Source: Octopus sinensis
Taxonomy: Eukaryota
Direction of reading: 5' to 3'
DNA length: 64,000 nt
Assembly: GCF_006345805.1 (NCBI RefSeq)
Contig: NC_043005.1
Span: 93,124,001-93,188,000 of the forward strand
The notes beneath the pieces are model-generated. The model was not told the DNA's origin. It saw nothing but the letters and a program-made list of their open reading frames with translations, and ran no database searches. The translations under genes were made by a program, and so were the position numbers. Below are positions 26,119 through 38,690 of this stretch, piece after piece (position 1 is the stretch's first letter; every line of letters starts with the position of its first letter).

Positions 26119-27220
26119 TCAGGTCATCCCATAAGTTCTGTCCGAATTTTGAATAAAGAAAACAAGTGATCAAATGTTATATTTAATTGAAATTTAATCA
26201 TCAATGTACTTTCCCTGATTATCTATGACTTCCTTCCATCTAGTTACAAGCTTTTTAATCTCATCAATGTAAAACTCTTTTGGTTTTGAAAGTGAAGAAC
26301 TCTGAAATGTCAGTTTCGACCTCCTCCTGGCTTGCTAAAGTTATGTCCCCACAAATGATTCTGTAAACTATGAAACAAATGGTAGTCTGAAGGAGCTAGG
26401 TCATGAGAATAAGCTGGATGAGGAATTTTTTCCCAACCAAGCTCTTTGATCTTCTGTGATATGATCTTTGCAGTGTGGGGTTGCGCATTGTCCTGATGAA
26501 ACATCACTCCTTTTCCATCCACTAAAACGGGTCTTTTTCTTCAAAACTTGGTTGAAACGCTCTAATTGCCGACAGTAGACTTCAGCATTGATTGTTGGAT
26601 TAGGTGGTAACAATTCAAAGTGAATTATTCCTTTGCAATCCTACAAGACAAAAGAACCTTTTTCCCATGAAGTCCCTTCTTGGTTGTGGTTGAGCTTTTT
26701 TCCTTTTAATAAGCCATTGTTTACAACGTTTAACATTTCAATAGAAGATCCATTTTTCATCACAAGTCAATCCAAAAAGGATGAAATGCATTTGCGAGAA
26801 TGGAGAGAAAAGCAGATGTCAGCTCAGGATTTGAAGTTGCTTTCAGACAATTTATGAGGCACCCATTTCCCAATTTTAGGAACCACTTCTGAATTTTGCA
26901 AACCATCTTCTGCATGTTCTTTCATTCAAGCATTCTTTCCCATAAACTGAGTGTATGTTTCGAGTCGCTTCTGCGCAGGGTTTCCTGTTTTGTACTCATA
27001 AAGCATTATGTGCCTAAAATGCTCTTTGGATACTTCCATGTTAGAAAGGGTTTTAAAGAAATTTTAGTTCTATTATTCAGTAAAATAATATTTAATTAGT
27101 TTAAATGTACACAAATGCATAAATATAATTTTTAATTCCATTAGACATTCTAAAATAATATTAAATTTCATTCAATTTTAAAAAAAGGTAGAATCGGACA
27201 GAACTTATGGGATGACCTGA
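26119..27220 (-). mobile_element. Defective mariner (DD34D) DNA transposon
   Basis: Perfect 27-bp TIRs TCAGGTCATCCCATAAGTTCTGTCCGA (26119-26145; reverse complement 27194-27220) flanked by TA on both sides. Length 1102 bp. Confidence 0.95.
26194..27039 (-). pseudogene. Mariner transposase pseudogene
   Basis: ATG at 27039 (MEVSKEHFRHIMLYEYK), WVPHKL, DEKW-like segment, HQDNAQPH...HPAYSHDLAPSDYHLF with 34 residues between the 2nd and 3rd Asp, and TAA at 26196-94. Multiple stops and frameshifts, plus an internal deletion just before the WVPHKL linker. Confidence 0.92.
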
Positions 27221-30200
27221 TATATGTACATGCATGCATTTTCATTATAGTTACTGTAAATACTTTATTTCTCCAACATATTAATTTTGATCTGGTGCTT
27301 TTCAAGTTTCTTTTACTGCTGTGCTTCCAATCAAGATATGAATATGCATACATAAGTTTGTGAAGATATATACAAAAGTTAATTTGGTGACATGTACCAA
27401 ATTTCAACAGCACAGTAAAAACCAATAATAAACTTGAATGTCTGACCTATGAACAAATAACTTGGTGATGTAAAGGTTTTGCTGTCACACCAATAAAAAT
27501 AAAAAGCACTCGTTAAATTTTAGTGACATCAATAACATTAATTAATAATCATATTAAACTTACATTTGTTGGAGACTAATCTAGGAATGATTTTAAAAAA
27601 TCCATATTCTAGAATGAAGTGAAAGCTAATTGACTTGTACAGTATGAAGTGAAAAACAAAGACTTGGCATTTTGGTTAGGGTTAACTGATCATAACTTCA
27701 TAAGTGAAGAAGAATCATTTAATTTCTATTTGGACAAATAAACTTTTGCTCTTCTCAAATATTGTTTTATTTGGAAATCATCACTTTTCCATGTTTGCAG
27801 GGGCCACATGGAATTCGTTGAGGCAAATTTTTTGTAGATTTCTCTTTGACCAGACATGCTGTCATGGAAGATTGAAAACAAAGGGTACCACTTGTATGGC
27901 CATGACAATCATTTATAATTATTGTGCAATGTCAAGACAAGGGGACACAAACAGTTCACATATATATGCACGTATACATGTGCGTACACCCCCACACACA
28001 CACACACACATTTACATGACTGGCTTCTTTCAGTGTATGTATGGTTAGCCTAAGTCTATAGAAGAAGACACTTGCCCAAGGTGTCACACAGCAGGATTGA
28101 ACTTGAAACCAAGCAGTAGGGAAACAAACTTCTCAACCTCACATCTTCACCTGTTCCAATAACATTTCTCTCTCTCTCTCTCTCCCTCCCCCCTCTCTCT
28201 CTCTTTCTTTCTTTCTTTCTCTCTCTCGGATGCCTATAAAGCAACAGGAAGCTTGATTATGCGGTAGCCACCAAGCAGCTATTTTTGGACACTTGACTAA
28301 GTACTTGTTAGTATCTTGTGTCCTAGCCATTGGAGGTTGTTATTTGCATGGGGCCAATTTCAGCAGCTGTAGTAATTAATTAATCAGAATTACATAAGTT
28401 ATTCCTCAGAGTCTGCAATACTTATAGTTGTGGAATCATTTCTCTAAATTCATTCACAATTCCAGTGTATAACCTTTCTAGTTGGATCTTTAATATTGGG
28501 ATCAAGTCAGACTTTTTTTTTAAGTCATAATTTCTGATTCAAATTACTCTCTTAGAAAACGAAAAAGAAAAAAAGATGCCTATTTGATGTATCAAAGGAA
28601 ATAATTCCATATGAAATTGGTGAAGTGTTTTTGCAAACCAGTGATAGTTTTAATTGCATACTCCACATATGTTTATATATTCTTTTTATAGCCAACAAGG
28701 AAGCCTATATGTGGTGACTTGACCTGCTGGAAATAATAACCATCTATCCTGAAAATCACACCTGACTCTATAAGAACAGTGTTTGCCCAAACGAAAACAT
28801 AAAACTGAAAATACTTCCATTTTACCAAATGAAGAAGTTTGTACTTCTTCACATAATCTGCTAGAAACAACAGCCAAATTTCCCTTAAATCATATTTTAC
28901 TGTCTTAAAAAAATGAAGAACATATAGATAGTGTAGTTCTAGATAGACTATATCCCAATTCCAAAAGACAGGATGGACTTGGTTGGAACAGCTTTGATCA
29001 TAATTCTCTCTGCTGCTCTGTCAGGTCTGATTTGGAATTGAACAACTGCTGCCATCAGACCAATTATTTCTTTTTTAAAAAATCAAGACTTATTAAAAAT
29101 ATGTTTCCAGATGAATTTTACAAGTAACCTGTCAAAACTGATTTTTTTAAGTGGCTGAGTGTTTAAGAAGTTTACTTCCCACTCATGTGGTTTTGGGTTC
29201 AACCTCACTGCATTGCACTTTGGGCAAGTATCTTCTACAAGCCCAGGTTGACCAAACCATGTGAGTAAATTTGCCAGACAAACACTGGCTAAAACCCTTC
29301 TCTCTCACGTGTGTGTGTTTGTTTGCATTTCTCCAAAAATACTGAGCTTAAAGTTGTGACATTGATTTCCTTCTCTCAACAAATCACCCATTGACTGTGA
29401 GCCTTTGAAGACTGTGGGACAAAAGGTCCCTTGAAAAACAGGTAAGGGTTAGTAGTAGGGAGAGCATCTTGCTGTGAAATGGTGCTATCAAAATATATTT
29501 GACTAATCCATACCAGCACAGAAAAACAGATAAAAAATCAAATGAACCTATTTTGCTAACCTATGAGCTGTCTTAACCATTTTTAGACAAAGCTAGATTA
29601 TTGCAGGCAAATGAATGGTAGACTTCATTATCTTGGGGCAAACATCTGGATGCTTCAGTAATTGAACTTGTGAAATTGAACACTAAAATCCTTACAAATA
29701 AATTATTAAAGTATTTTGTATTGAAACAAATTTTTACTAGAAATTTGAATTTAATTAACAAATATAAATTGTTTACTGATTGCATTTTAGGAATTGAATG
29801 TGCTTTGTTTTATTTCCAAACTCCTAACTCGTGTGCATAATTTAATTAACTGTGGATACTTTTGAAGATATTGCTTTCAAAATGTATTAATTAAATTTAA
29901 TGTATAGCGTTATATGTACATAAACTTGTTATTACAATTTAGGAAATACAGTTTTTATTAAATTAGAGCATTGCCAATACTTTATTGACTCAAATACTAA
30001 GAAAACTACATGGCTGTAATGTTGTAAACTGTTTAATTAAAAAGAAAAAAAGCTCAAAGAAAACATTAATAGCTTACAATGTAGTTATGATGTCTAAGCC
30101 TTTCGTCAGGATTTAAGTGAAAATAAGTAAAACGATACGAGGTGGGTATTCATAAAGCCACATGGTTTTTATGGTACATTTAACAGATGGAAACATCATT

Positions 30201-31782
30201 AGCATTTAACATCTGCCTACCATGATGGCATGGGTTGGAAACAGTTGCAATAATTCAAATCATGTTTTTAAAAGAGATTCTACAGGAAGATCTAACAAGT
30301 AATAAGTTTTATATCAATCTTACCAGGTTTCCATGAAACAATTCAGTTTATAGCTGGATGTCCTTCAAACTACTAACTCACTCAACTGTAAAATACTGTC
30401 AGACAAACAGGAGCCGTTGGTTATGGTCCCTTGATCAGCCGTGCAGCATAACGGTAAAATGCTGTAATAAAATTTGAACTGTTGAAGCAAATCAGCATAT
30501 TCTACCTGTTTTCTTATTGTTTCCAAACCACATGAAATTCTGTTTGCTCATCTCTGCTAGAAGCCTCACATTATCAACATTACAAAATCTGCCAAGGTAG
30601 ACAGAGGCATGACTCGATGGTTAAGAAGCTCACTTTGCAAGTACATGGCTTTGAGTTCAATCCCACTACGCTGCATGTTGGGTGGGCATTTTCTACTCTG
30701 GTTCAAGATGAACCAATGCCTTACAAGTGAATTTGCTGGTAGACAAAAACTGTGGAAGCTTGTCGTGTGTGTGTGTTTACTCCACTGCCCCCCCTCCTAT
30801 TGGTTTGTTTACACCTCTGTAACTTGGCAGTTCAAGCAAAAGAGACTGATTGAATAAGTACCAGATTTTTAAAAATAGGTATTGGATTATGACCATACTG
30901 GGGCAGTGCCCCAGCATGGCCACCTTCCAATGACTAAAACAAGTAAAGGATAAATTTGTCTACCAAATTAACCCACAAGATATTTGTTTGCTCAGGGACT
31001 TCATTGGAGTCTCTTACCCATAATGTAACTATTTGCCATGCATGCCTCGTGTTGCAGTGAATGCAACTGTTCAACAGATTTAACACTTGTGCATGTTTGA
31101 GGATTTCACTGCGTTCTCTAATGCATAGTGTTTCATGGTATGTGATGCAGTCTTTGGCAGTCTTGCTTATTGTTCAGTGTCCATTTTGTTTCTGGACGCT
31201 TGTTTGTTCTGCAAGTGACAACAGCAGAAACAGACATGCTGGGCTGCAAATAGTTTTGGGGAGGCTACAGTGTTATTGATTCGGTTGCTATTTTTGTAAT
31301 GTATTTTGTGTTTGTCTGGGTTGAGTGGTAGGGATGGTGTTCCTGAGGAGTATTTTTAGAGTGGTTTGTAGGGGAAGAGTGGGGGTTTGTCCTAATAAAG
31401 TTGTGGCTGTTGGAAGATTAGGGTTAGGGTTAAAGCTTGCAGCAACAACAACACTCTACCCCTCACATGTACAGTGAGGATTATAGGGGGTGAGGATGTG
31501 GGTGTTTAGCTGATGATACATGCACAGCGAAAAAGCCAATGTTTTTTTTTGTCTTTTCCTTTTTATTCTTAAAGTTAATTTTGTTGAAAGATCCCCGGCA
31601 ACTTCCAATGAAAAGATTCCAAATGGTGACAAGTGCTGAATTCCATGAAAGATCATTGACTTTTTGTTTGTTTATTCATTAATCTATTTACTTACGATAT
31701 GTTTTTCCCACATGTTTGACCCAGTTAGTCTGTTGCTACCCTTGAACCTTGACATTCAAGATACTCAAATGTGCTGCTGGTA

Positions 31783-31816
<34 letters not shown>

Positions 31817-33469
31817 CATTGACTTGAGAGACTAATCCCCCGTCTTCCACCAGTGACAATGGAGAATGGTATCTTATTTCACAGAAATGTGGAATTCATT
31901 CAAAGCTAGAAGATGAGAAAGATTTTCTTTTGCCCTCTCCTTGTTGCTCCACCCAGAAACAGTAATAAGATTACAGAGATCTCTGTAACCCGACTCTGTG
32001 TCTTTTAAACTCACATTTGGAGCTGTAAGTACAGGGTTGAACAGCAGGGGACATTAGAGCTTTAAGAATATTTCAAAGAATATTTAGAGCATAGAATTTC
32101 TTTAGTAGAATGCTTAACTAATGGTTAAACGGTGTCTTTTTGGAGAAATTGTACAGAAACAAGGTTTTCTCTATTCATTCTTGTGTGTGTATGTGTGTGT
32201 TCCTCAATTTTCGTATTCAATATGAACAATCTTTCTTATTGAAACATAACTTTTGTAATCTTTTTCGATTGAACTGGTAAATAAATGTCTTCAATTTTTG
32301 AGCAGCTGAGATCCTCATGTTTTAGTAAGTATGCACACTTTGTATGGGACTTCAGTGTTAGGTATGTTCTGATCTAAAATGATAAGTACTCTCTCTCTCT
32401 CCTCTCTCTCTCTCTCTCACTCTCACACACACACACACACACACCATTTAGACCAGTCCAGCAGCCTGGAAGTTTCCATTGTATGCATCTACTACTTTTG
32501 GTCGGTCAAACTGGACCTCATGCGTCTAAAGAAGTGGCTGCATACCATGGAAGCTCGAGGGTCACCGGACCAGACAAAATAAACTCCTGCACTCTACATT
32601 TGTATTTTGCTTTTTCAGAACATTACGTAACAAGGTGTGGTGGTGGGGGGTGTAGGTGTTACTTAATTTCATGTAGCACATGGATACAATGGAAAGGCTA
32701 AAACAGACCTCAATCCAGATGTGACTTTCACCTTTCATAGTTATTTTCTGTCAAATTACATCTCCATTGGGCAAAAGCTTTCTTGCAAGGTTGTCACATG
32801 ACCTCAACACATGAATGAAGTGGAAAACTGACCAAAAATTCCTTACCTTACCATGTGACCACACTCAATCAACCTATCAATCTGTAACCTTAAGTAACAG
32901 CATCCTTAGCCACAATCTTTCTATAAAAACAAATTTTACCAAGACACACTTTGCAATACAGTTCCACATGGCACACACTTTTGAAAATCAAATGTGAAAC
33001 TGGCTGTGTGTGTGTATGTGTGTGAGAGAGAGGGAGAATATTTATTGAATAAATCCTGATATATTCTCTGTATTTTCATCCCCTTTTCTAGAATCCTTGT
33101 CCATTCCTATTTTCACTGAGTTACAAGAGTCAGGTTGCCAGAAGATCATTCCTAGTGCTAGGGGTTGGTGTTGGGGAAGGCATCCAGCCATCAAAACGAA
33201 GCCAAAGTAGACATTGGAAACGCATGCTGCAGTCCTTGGACTCTGACTTGTCTCATCCCTTGGAACCATTCAAACCATTCCAGCATAGAAGCCAAACATT
33301 AAATGATGATCATGGTGATGATGATGATATATAATCTAAACACCAAAAGTAACATAAAAATTATTTGAAAAAAGAGTTAGATGGGGTATTTTAATCATTG
33401 AAACTCATTAAATACTTTTTGATATGAAGTGTTTAACTGGTTTCGATTGACTCAGGCCAAGCAAAATCG

Positions 33470-33692
33470 TAGTTGTGACATGTACAAGGCACCTGTGCCA
33501 GTCACACGTAAAAAGCACCCACTACACTTTCGGAGTGGTTGGCATTAAGGGAAGGGCATCCGGCCGTAGAAACCAAGCCAAAACAGACTGGAGCCTGGTG
33601 CAGCTCTCCAGCTTACCAGTTCCAGTTAAACCATCCAACCCATGCCAGCATAGAAAACAGACACTGAATGATGATGATGATGATGATGATGA
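33470..33692 (+). mobile_element. (GAT)n-tailed short retroelement/SINE (representative of the most abundant family here)
   Basis: ...ggaagggcatccggccgtagaaac...ccatccaacccatgccagcatagaaaacagacactgaat(gat)n. Copies on both strands at about 1380, 19630, 23255, 25760, 33150, 34790, 41040, 42070, 49600, 53310, 55560 and 55680. Confidence 0.8.
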
Positions 33693-34002
33693 TTTATTTG
33701 CTCATCTGAAAATGTTAACATCCATGTCAATGATTTTCAATTGTTAAAATACATCTTGCTTCTCTTCTTTCAAATAACGTTCTGTTACTTCAGGTACTGA
33801 GATCTAAGGTTTCAAATTCTAAATGTTAGAATGATTCTCTCTGTACTGTGCCACCCAAATATTATGGCAAAATATTTGAATGGAACTGTAAAGAAAGAAA
33901 AAAAGAAATTTTCTTGTGTTCAAGGTTACAACAATCAACTGAAAATACTGACTGGGGTAGAATGAGACAATGAGCTCTGTCTGCTACATTGAAAACCATT
34001 AA

Positions 34003-34217
34003 CCCTTTCAGTACCGTATTTCTGTTGAGATGTTCTGTGTTTCTTTCAGTTACTTTGAATATAACAAAGAATTTAGTAAAATAACTTTGTTATCATTAAG
34101 CTGGTGTTAGGAACATAAATTGTGACTAAGGTTTGGTGGAAGATTTTAATTCAAAACTTATGAAAACAAGACATTTGTACTACAGAGGTGGTTTCAGGCA
34201 GGTTGGTGCCAAAAGGG
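34003..34217 (-). mobile_element. piggyBac-type MITE of about 210 bp (representative of at least 7 copies)
   Basis: TTAA|CCCTTTCAGTACC...GGTGCCAAAAGGG|TTAA. The same core (atttatgttc..acaccagcttaat..aaagttattttactaaattc..aattaattgaaac..cagaaatatggtaac) recurs at about 702-958, 17135-17346, 20110-20275, 45205-45390, 49866-50032 and 62930-63134. Confidence 0.8.
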
Positions 34218-34489
34218 TTAAAGGCTTGCAAAATATTGTTGACAGTGTCTGTTCCTTGGGTGACCTAATCAGCAGTGGTGGTAGTGGTGGGGGAGGCATA
34301 CTGAAAGCATTGTGGCCTGAATTAGAATTTAGTGGGAAACATCCTGGGGTTTATTATCTCTGCTGACAACATTGAATTCTTGCTGTGAGTGAAGAGTGGA
34401 TCATATTATGCATGTGTACAGACTGCAGCGTTGCATGATAGTGAGGCATCATCATCATCATCATTTAACATCCATTTTCCATGCTGGGA

Positions 34490-34810
34490 CATGGGAGCTA
34501 AATGCAGAGAACGTGCGAAGGTTGGAAAGAAATAAAGTGAGTACAAATGACAAGGTAAGTGAAAAACTGGGTAGTGTGCAAGAGCAATGGGTACGGTGGT
34601 ATGGATCTATTGTGTATATGGATCGATGACAGGAAGAGGAACCAGGAGATTCTGGTGGAAAGAGAAACAAGTGGAAGAGGAAAACCAAGGCCTGAAGAGA
34701 AGTGGTGAAAGTTGATCTTAGGAAGCTGAAACTATACAAAAAAGATGACAAAGAAATACAAGTGGTGGGATGCTGTGTTGGAGAGGACTTGTTCACTCCA
34801 TGCAAGCATG
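34490..34810 (+). mobile_element. RTE-type LINE 3' remnant
   Basis: TWELNAENVRRLERN, RWYGSIVYMD, GRGKPR and VVKVDLRKLKL resemble the RTE ORF C-terminus (RWFGHV.RM...GRPRKTW...V..DL), followed by the family 3' tail. Confidence 0.6.
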
Positions 34811-37800
34811 GAAAAATAAAGATAGAAATGAGGAGGAGGAGGAGGATAATGATGATGCCAGTACTTAATGAGGGGGTTTCTTTCGTACAACTATAATCTT
34901 TTGTGTAAACCCCACCCCCATTCATCATTCATTAAAATTATTCATTTAACCCCAAAGGGTGGACATCATCAATAAATGGTTTTGAAATTTTACATGGATA
35001 TGGCCATCCTCAGTTGATACGCAAGTGCCTCAGCACAAGTAACCCTTATTGACAGGAGAAATCAAGTGACAAAGGAAAGATTTTTGGACAGCGATGAAGT
35101 CGTTTGACTTAGCTTCATCATCAGATGAGAAAGATGATGATAATTGTTTAGAAGCACAGATGTATATTCTGTATAAGCTCTGGATGTATATTCGTTTGAC
35201 AACAACAATGCCAGAATCTTGGATGAATTTATGTTCATGCCAAATGCCAAGGGAACATTTCATGGCACTTAGATTTTGAACTTATTTAAAATGAAAATTA
35301 ATATAAAAATTACTCTTAAGGAAAACAAAAAAAATCTTTTATCTTTTGCTTCGGTGTCACAATCATGCAACCCTTTCCCCACCATTAAAGCGTTGATGTT
35401 CTTTCATAGAAATCTTATATACTTCTCTTGTCATTCTAAAAATGTAACTGTAGCAGTCAGACTGTTTGGCTGATGAGAATCAATAAGACTGAAACATGTC
35501 CAAAGCTATCCCCCCTCAGTGCCAAAAACCAAACTCACTCTCTACTGTGTTCTATTTTTTTATTAAATAAATTCTCTTTGATTAATATTTGTTAATGCAC
35601 TTGTTACTAAATCATCAACTTAATTACCTGGAGCTGGTGAGTGGGGTAAGGGCCAAACATCAAAATTAATAAAACCAACAACAGCAAGAGTCTGCTGCCT
35701 ATTCTGGCCTGGACAATATAACAAGAATAGTATATCCAGACTACATGATAATATAAATATGTGATGCTCTCTCTCTCTCTCTCTCTCTCCCTATATATAT
35801 ATATATATGCAGGCTTGTTTGCTTTTTTTCTAATGAGCAACTATGGCAATTATCCTGCTCTCAGCTGTGTGACAGGGGAATGATTTACAAGGGACCTTGT
35901 TTGTATTTAAAATTCCCATTAAACTTTTCCATTTATCTTAAACGGCTATGAGACAAAGACACAAAAAAAATATTTCCTTTAAAGAACAAAAAAAAAATTA
36001 CCATTTATCAAAAAAATCATTCCCATGTTAAGCGAGCTGATGGAAATAAGTCTCTTGAAGAAGAGATGTAATCTTTGGTGAGTGTGGCTTGAGTCCCCAG
36101 AAGATATTATTTGACTCGTAACAACTAAGAAAGAATTAATGATTTATTGTCTTTTTGTCCAAGAATGGTGGTGGTGGTGGTGGTTAGGGTGGTGGTATAC
36201 GAAATGAAATGCATTTATCTTCTGAAATTTTCTGATATTTGAGGTTAGGGAGAATCTTTTGACTACAATTTGTGTTAAATCCACAAATTCATTGCTATCA
36301 ATTTGTGTAATGGAAGTTCTTGGAAATGGTAGACTAACAGAGTCTGATTCTCTGAGTTCAAATCCTACTTGGTTTTACTACATATTTTATTTATTTTTTT
36401 TTTTTTTGTGGTGGTGTGTGTGTTTGGTGGGGGTGAGAAACTATGTACTTGTAATATGTGATAAATTCCTGTAACTCTGCGCCATCTTGAATGAAAATTG
36501 ACATCCTGCTCAAGGATTAATTCTGTATTCTGTAACAATGCGACCTCCAGTGTCTCATAATAGAAAAGCGATTCATTTATTTTTAAGAGCAGAGAAATGG
36601 TTGTGCAATGAATTTCATTTCACAACCCTAGGGTCTAAGGCTCTGTCTTGCTGCACAACACCATTGGGGAGTGCCTTCTACTGTAGCCCTGGGTGGACCA
36701 ATATCTTCTGAGTGAACCTGGTAGGGCGTGTGTGTGTGTGCATATGTGCATGTGCATATTTGTGCTTGTATCCATCACCCCCCCCCCACACACACACAGA
36801 GCTTGACAGTGTTGGTTTGTTTATGGCCTCATAACTTAGCAGTTCAGCTAAAGAGACTGAGAGAATTACCATCAGACTGAAGCAAATGGGTGCTGGGATA
36901 AATTTGATCAACTAAACCCATCAAGGTGGCATTCCAGCATGGCCACAGTCCAATGACCGAAACAAGTAAAAGAATAAAAAGAATAAATAATGGATTGCAA
37001 TTTTTTTCCTTTTTGCATGGTTAGTCTTAAAAGAAGCAGAGCTAAGTATTGTATCCAGTGGTACAACACAATATCTGCATTGGGTATATAAGCATTACCG
37101 TTTGCAGCCTGTCTGTTTGGCCAGTGTCACCCTCTTGTAATATCAGCACGGGGATGAGGTATTGAGCTCCTGGAAATAATTATGGCAGGAAATGATAAAC
37201 TCCTAACGATGTTAGTCGCAGATTTGATAAACTCAAAGTCAAAGGTGGTGAGCTGGCAGAAACGTTAAGATGCTTAGCGATGTTTCGTCTGTCTTTACGT
37301 TGTGAGTTCAAATTCCGCTGAGCTTGACTTTGCATTTCATCATTTTGACATCTACACAAAACAAATGTGTGCACTTTCTGTTTTCTTTTGTTATGGTGAT
37401 AGTAACCTGAAAACACAACAGGATGTACTTTGTGTACTTTCTCTTAACATATTGCATGATTTCTTTCCCCTCCCTGATCTGTTTATATTATTATGGTGCA
37501 GTTGATCTCTTCTGCACATTTTGGCTCAAGCAATAGCGTTGTGCTTTTTTTGGTTTTTGTTATGTTGCTAACATAAACAAACTGAAAATTAAAAGATTGA
37601 AAGAAAATTGTTTTTCCAAATATATTTATCACTCTTATTAATGTTAAGTTGGTGTGTTTTGTGCAAAAAGCCAAAAATTTAGAGTTAAATGCTATTATAT
37701 TTGTATTCAAATCCCGAAGGGAATACACTTTGTCACCCTTCACATCTGGGTTCACATCAACCTTCATCATCACCATCATCATCATCATCATCAACACTAC

Positions 37801-38176
37801 AGCAGCAACAACAACAACATGAATTTGCTTCTCATATTATAGTATCTTGCATTTCTGAATTGAAATCTGCACTAATCATTTGATTGCAGGGATTGAAGCA
37901 ATGAAAGAAACCATTATCATCATCATTGTTGTTGTTGTTGTCCTTGTAATGGTGCTGCACCAGGAATGGTGGAGCAAAGAACATTTTTGACATCCGTTCT
38001 GATTTCAAATTCCACTGCAGTTAATTGTACTTTCCAGTCACGTTTCCATGGCAATTCATTTAACCTGCAACTTTCATTTAACTTTTCTTTTATAAACTCA
38101 AGTCTTTTTATTTATTTATTTCTGTTATTCCACTTGTGACACACCATTTCTAAGTCTTAATTTTGTTCCGTTGCAG

Positions 38177-38403
38177 ATCTTCCACCCTCTCCTCCTGTTG
38201 CACGGCGGTCTGCACCGACCACAACAGCACAGGCAGTGCAGACATATCCTGGTAACATCCTTACAGACCAGCAGTTCCAGCAACAACTTGCTTCGATGAA
38301 ACAGCAATACCAGCTGCAGCAAGAGATGCTGCTGCACCAGTTCCAGCAGCAGCAGAAGCAGCTTGCTCAAGAACATGAAAAGAAACTGCAAGAACACATC
38401 AAA
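38177..38403 (+). CDS. HDAC4: Class IIa histone deacetylase (HDAC4-like), coding exon A: Gln-rich N-terminal helix
   Basis: Acceptor ttccgttgcAG at 38175-76 and donor GTaggt at 38404. Starts with 2 nt (AT, phase 1), then reads LPPSPPVARRSAPTTTAQAVQTYPGNILTDQQFQQQLASMKQQYQLQQEMLLHQFQQQQKQLAQEHEKKLQEHIK, matching the class IIa HDAC Gln-rich helix ending in LQEHIK. Ends in phase 0. Confidence 0.93.
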
Positions 38404-38690
38404 GTAGGTTTTTTTGTGCTGATCTTGTCACTCGACTCTTTCTTTAAATACTTATCTTCATCCTCCCTGCCTCTTTCTCTCCCTCTCTCGCTGCAAGGAA
38501 GGACATCTAATAAGATGAAGACTGTTGCACATGCTTGGCTATTTATATCTGTAGTTGGTCACCTAAACATGTCAAAGCCATGAAAGTCTTGAGAAACAAA
38601 AAACATAGGGTATGAAGATGAGATGATATCATTGAAATGTTGTCATTTTTATGCGTGGTCTCACTGTGAGAAGTACAAATACTGCTTTAA

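Noticed and set aside
28673-28870. 65-aa minus-strand ORF with a segment (VIFRIDGYYFQQVK) reminiscent of a Penelope RT motif
   Set aside because: A single short motif with no GxxMGS or YxDD nearby. Needs an HMM search to accept.
31418-31432. TTAGGG x2 telomere-like motif
   Set aside because: Two units only; expected by chance.
37689-37883. Poly-Ser/Gln/His ORFs just upstream of exon A
   Set aside because: Translations of (CAT)n/(CAA)n microsatellites with no flanking splice sites; not part of the Gln-rich exon.
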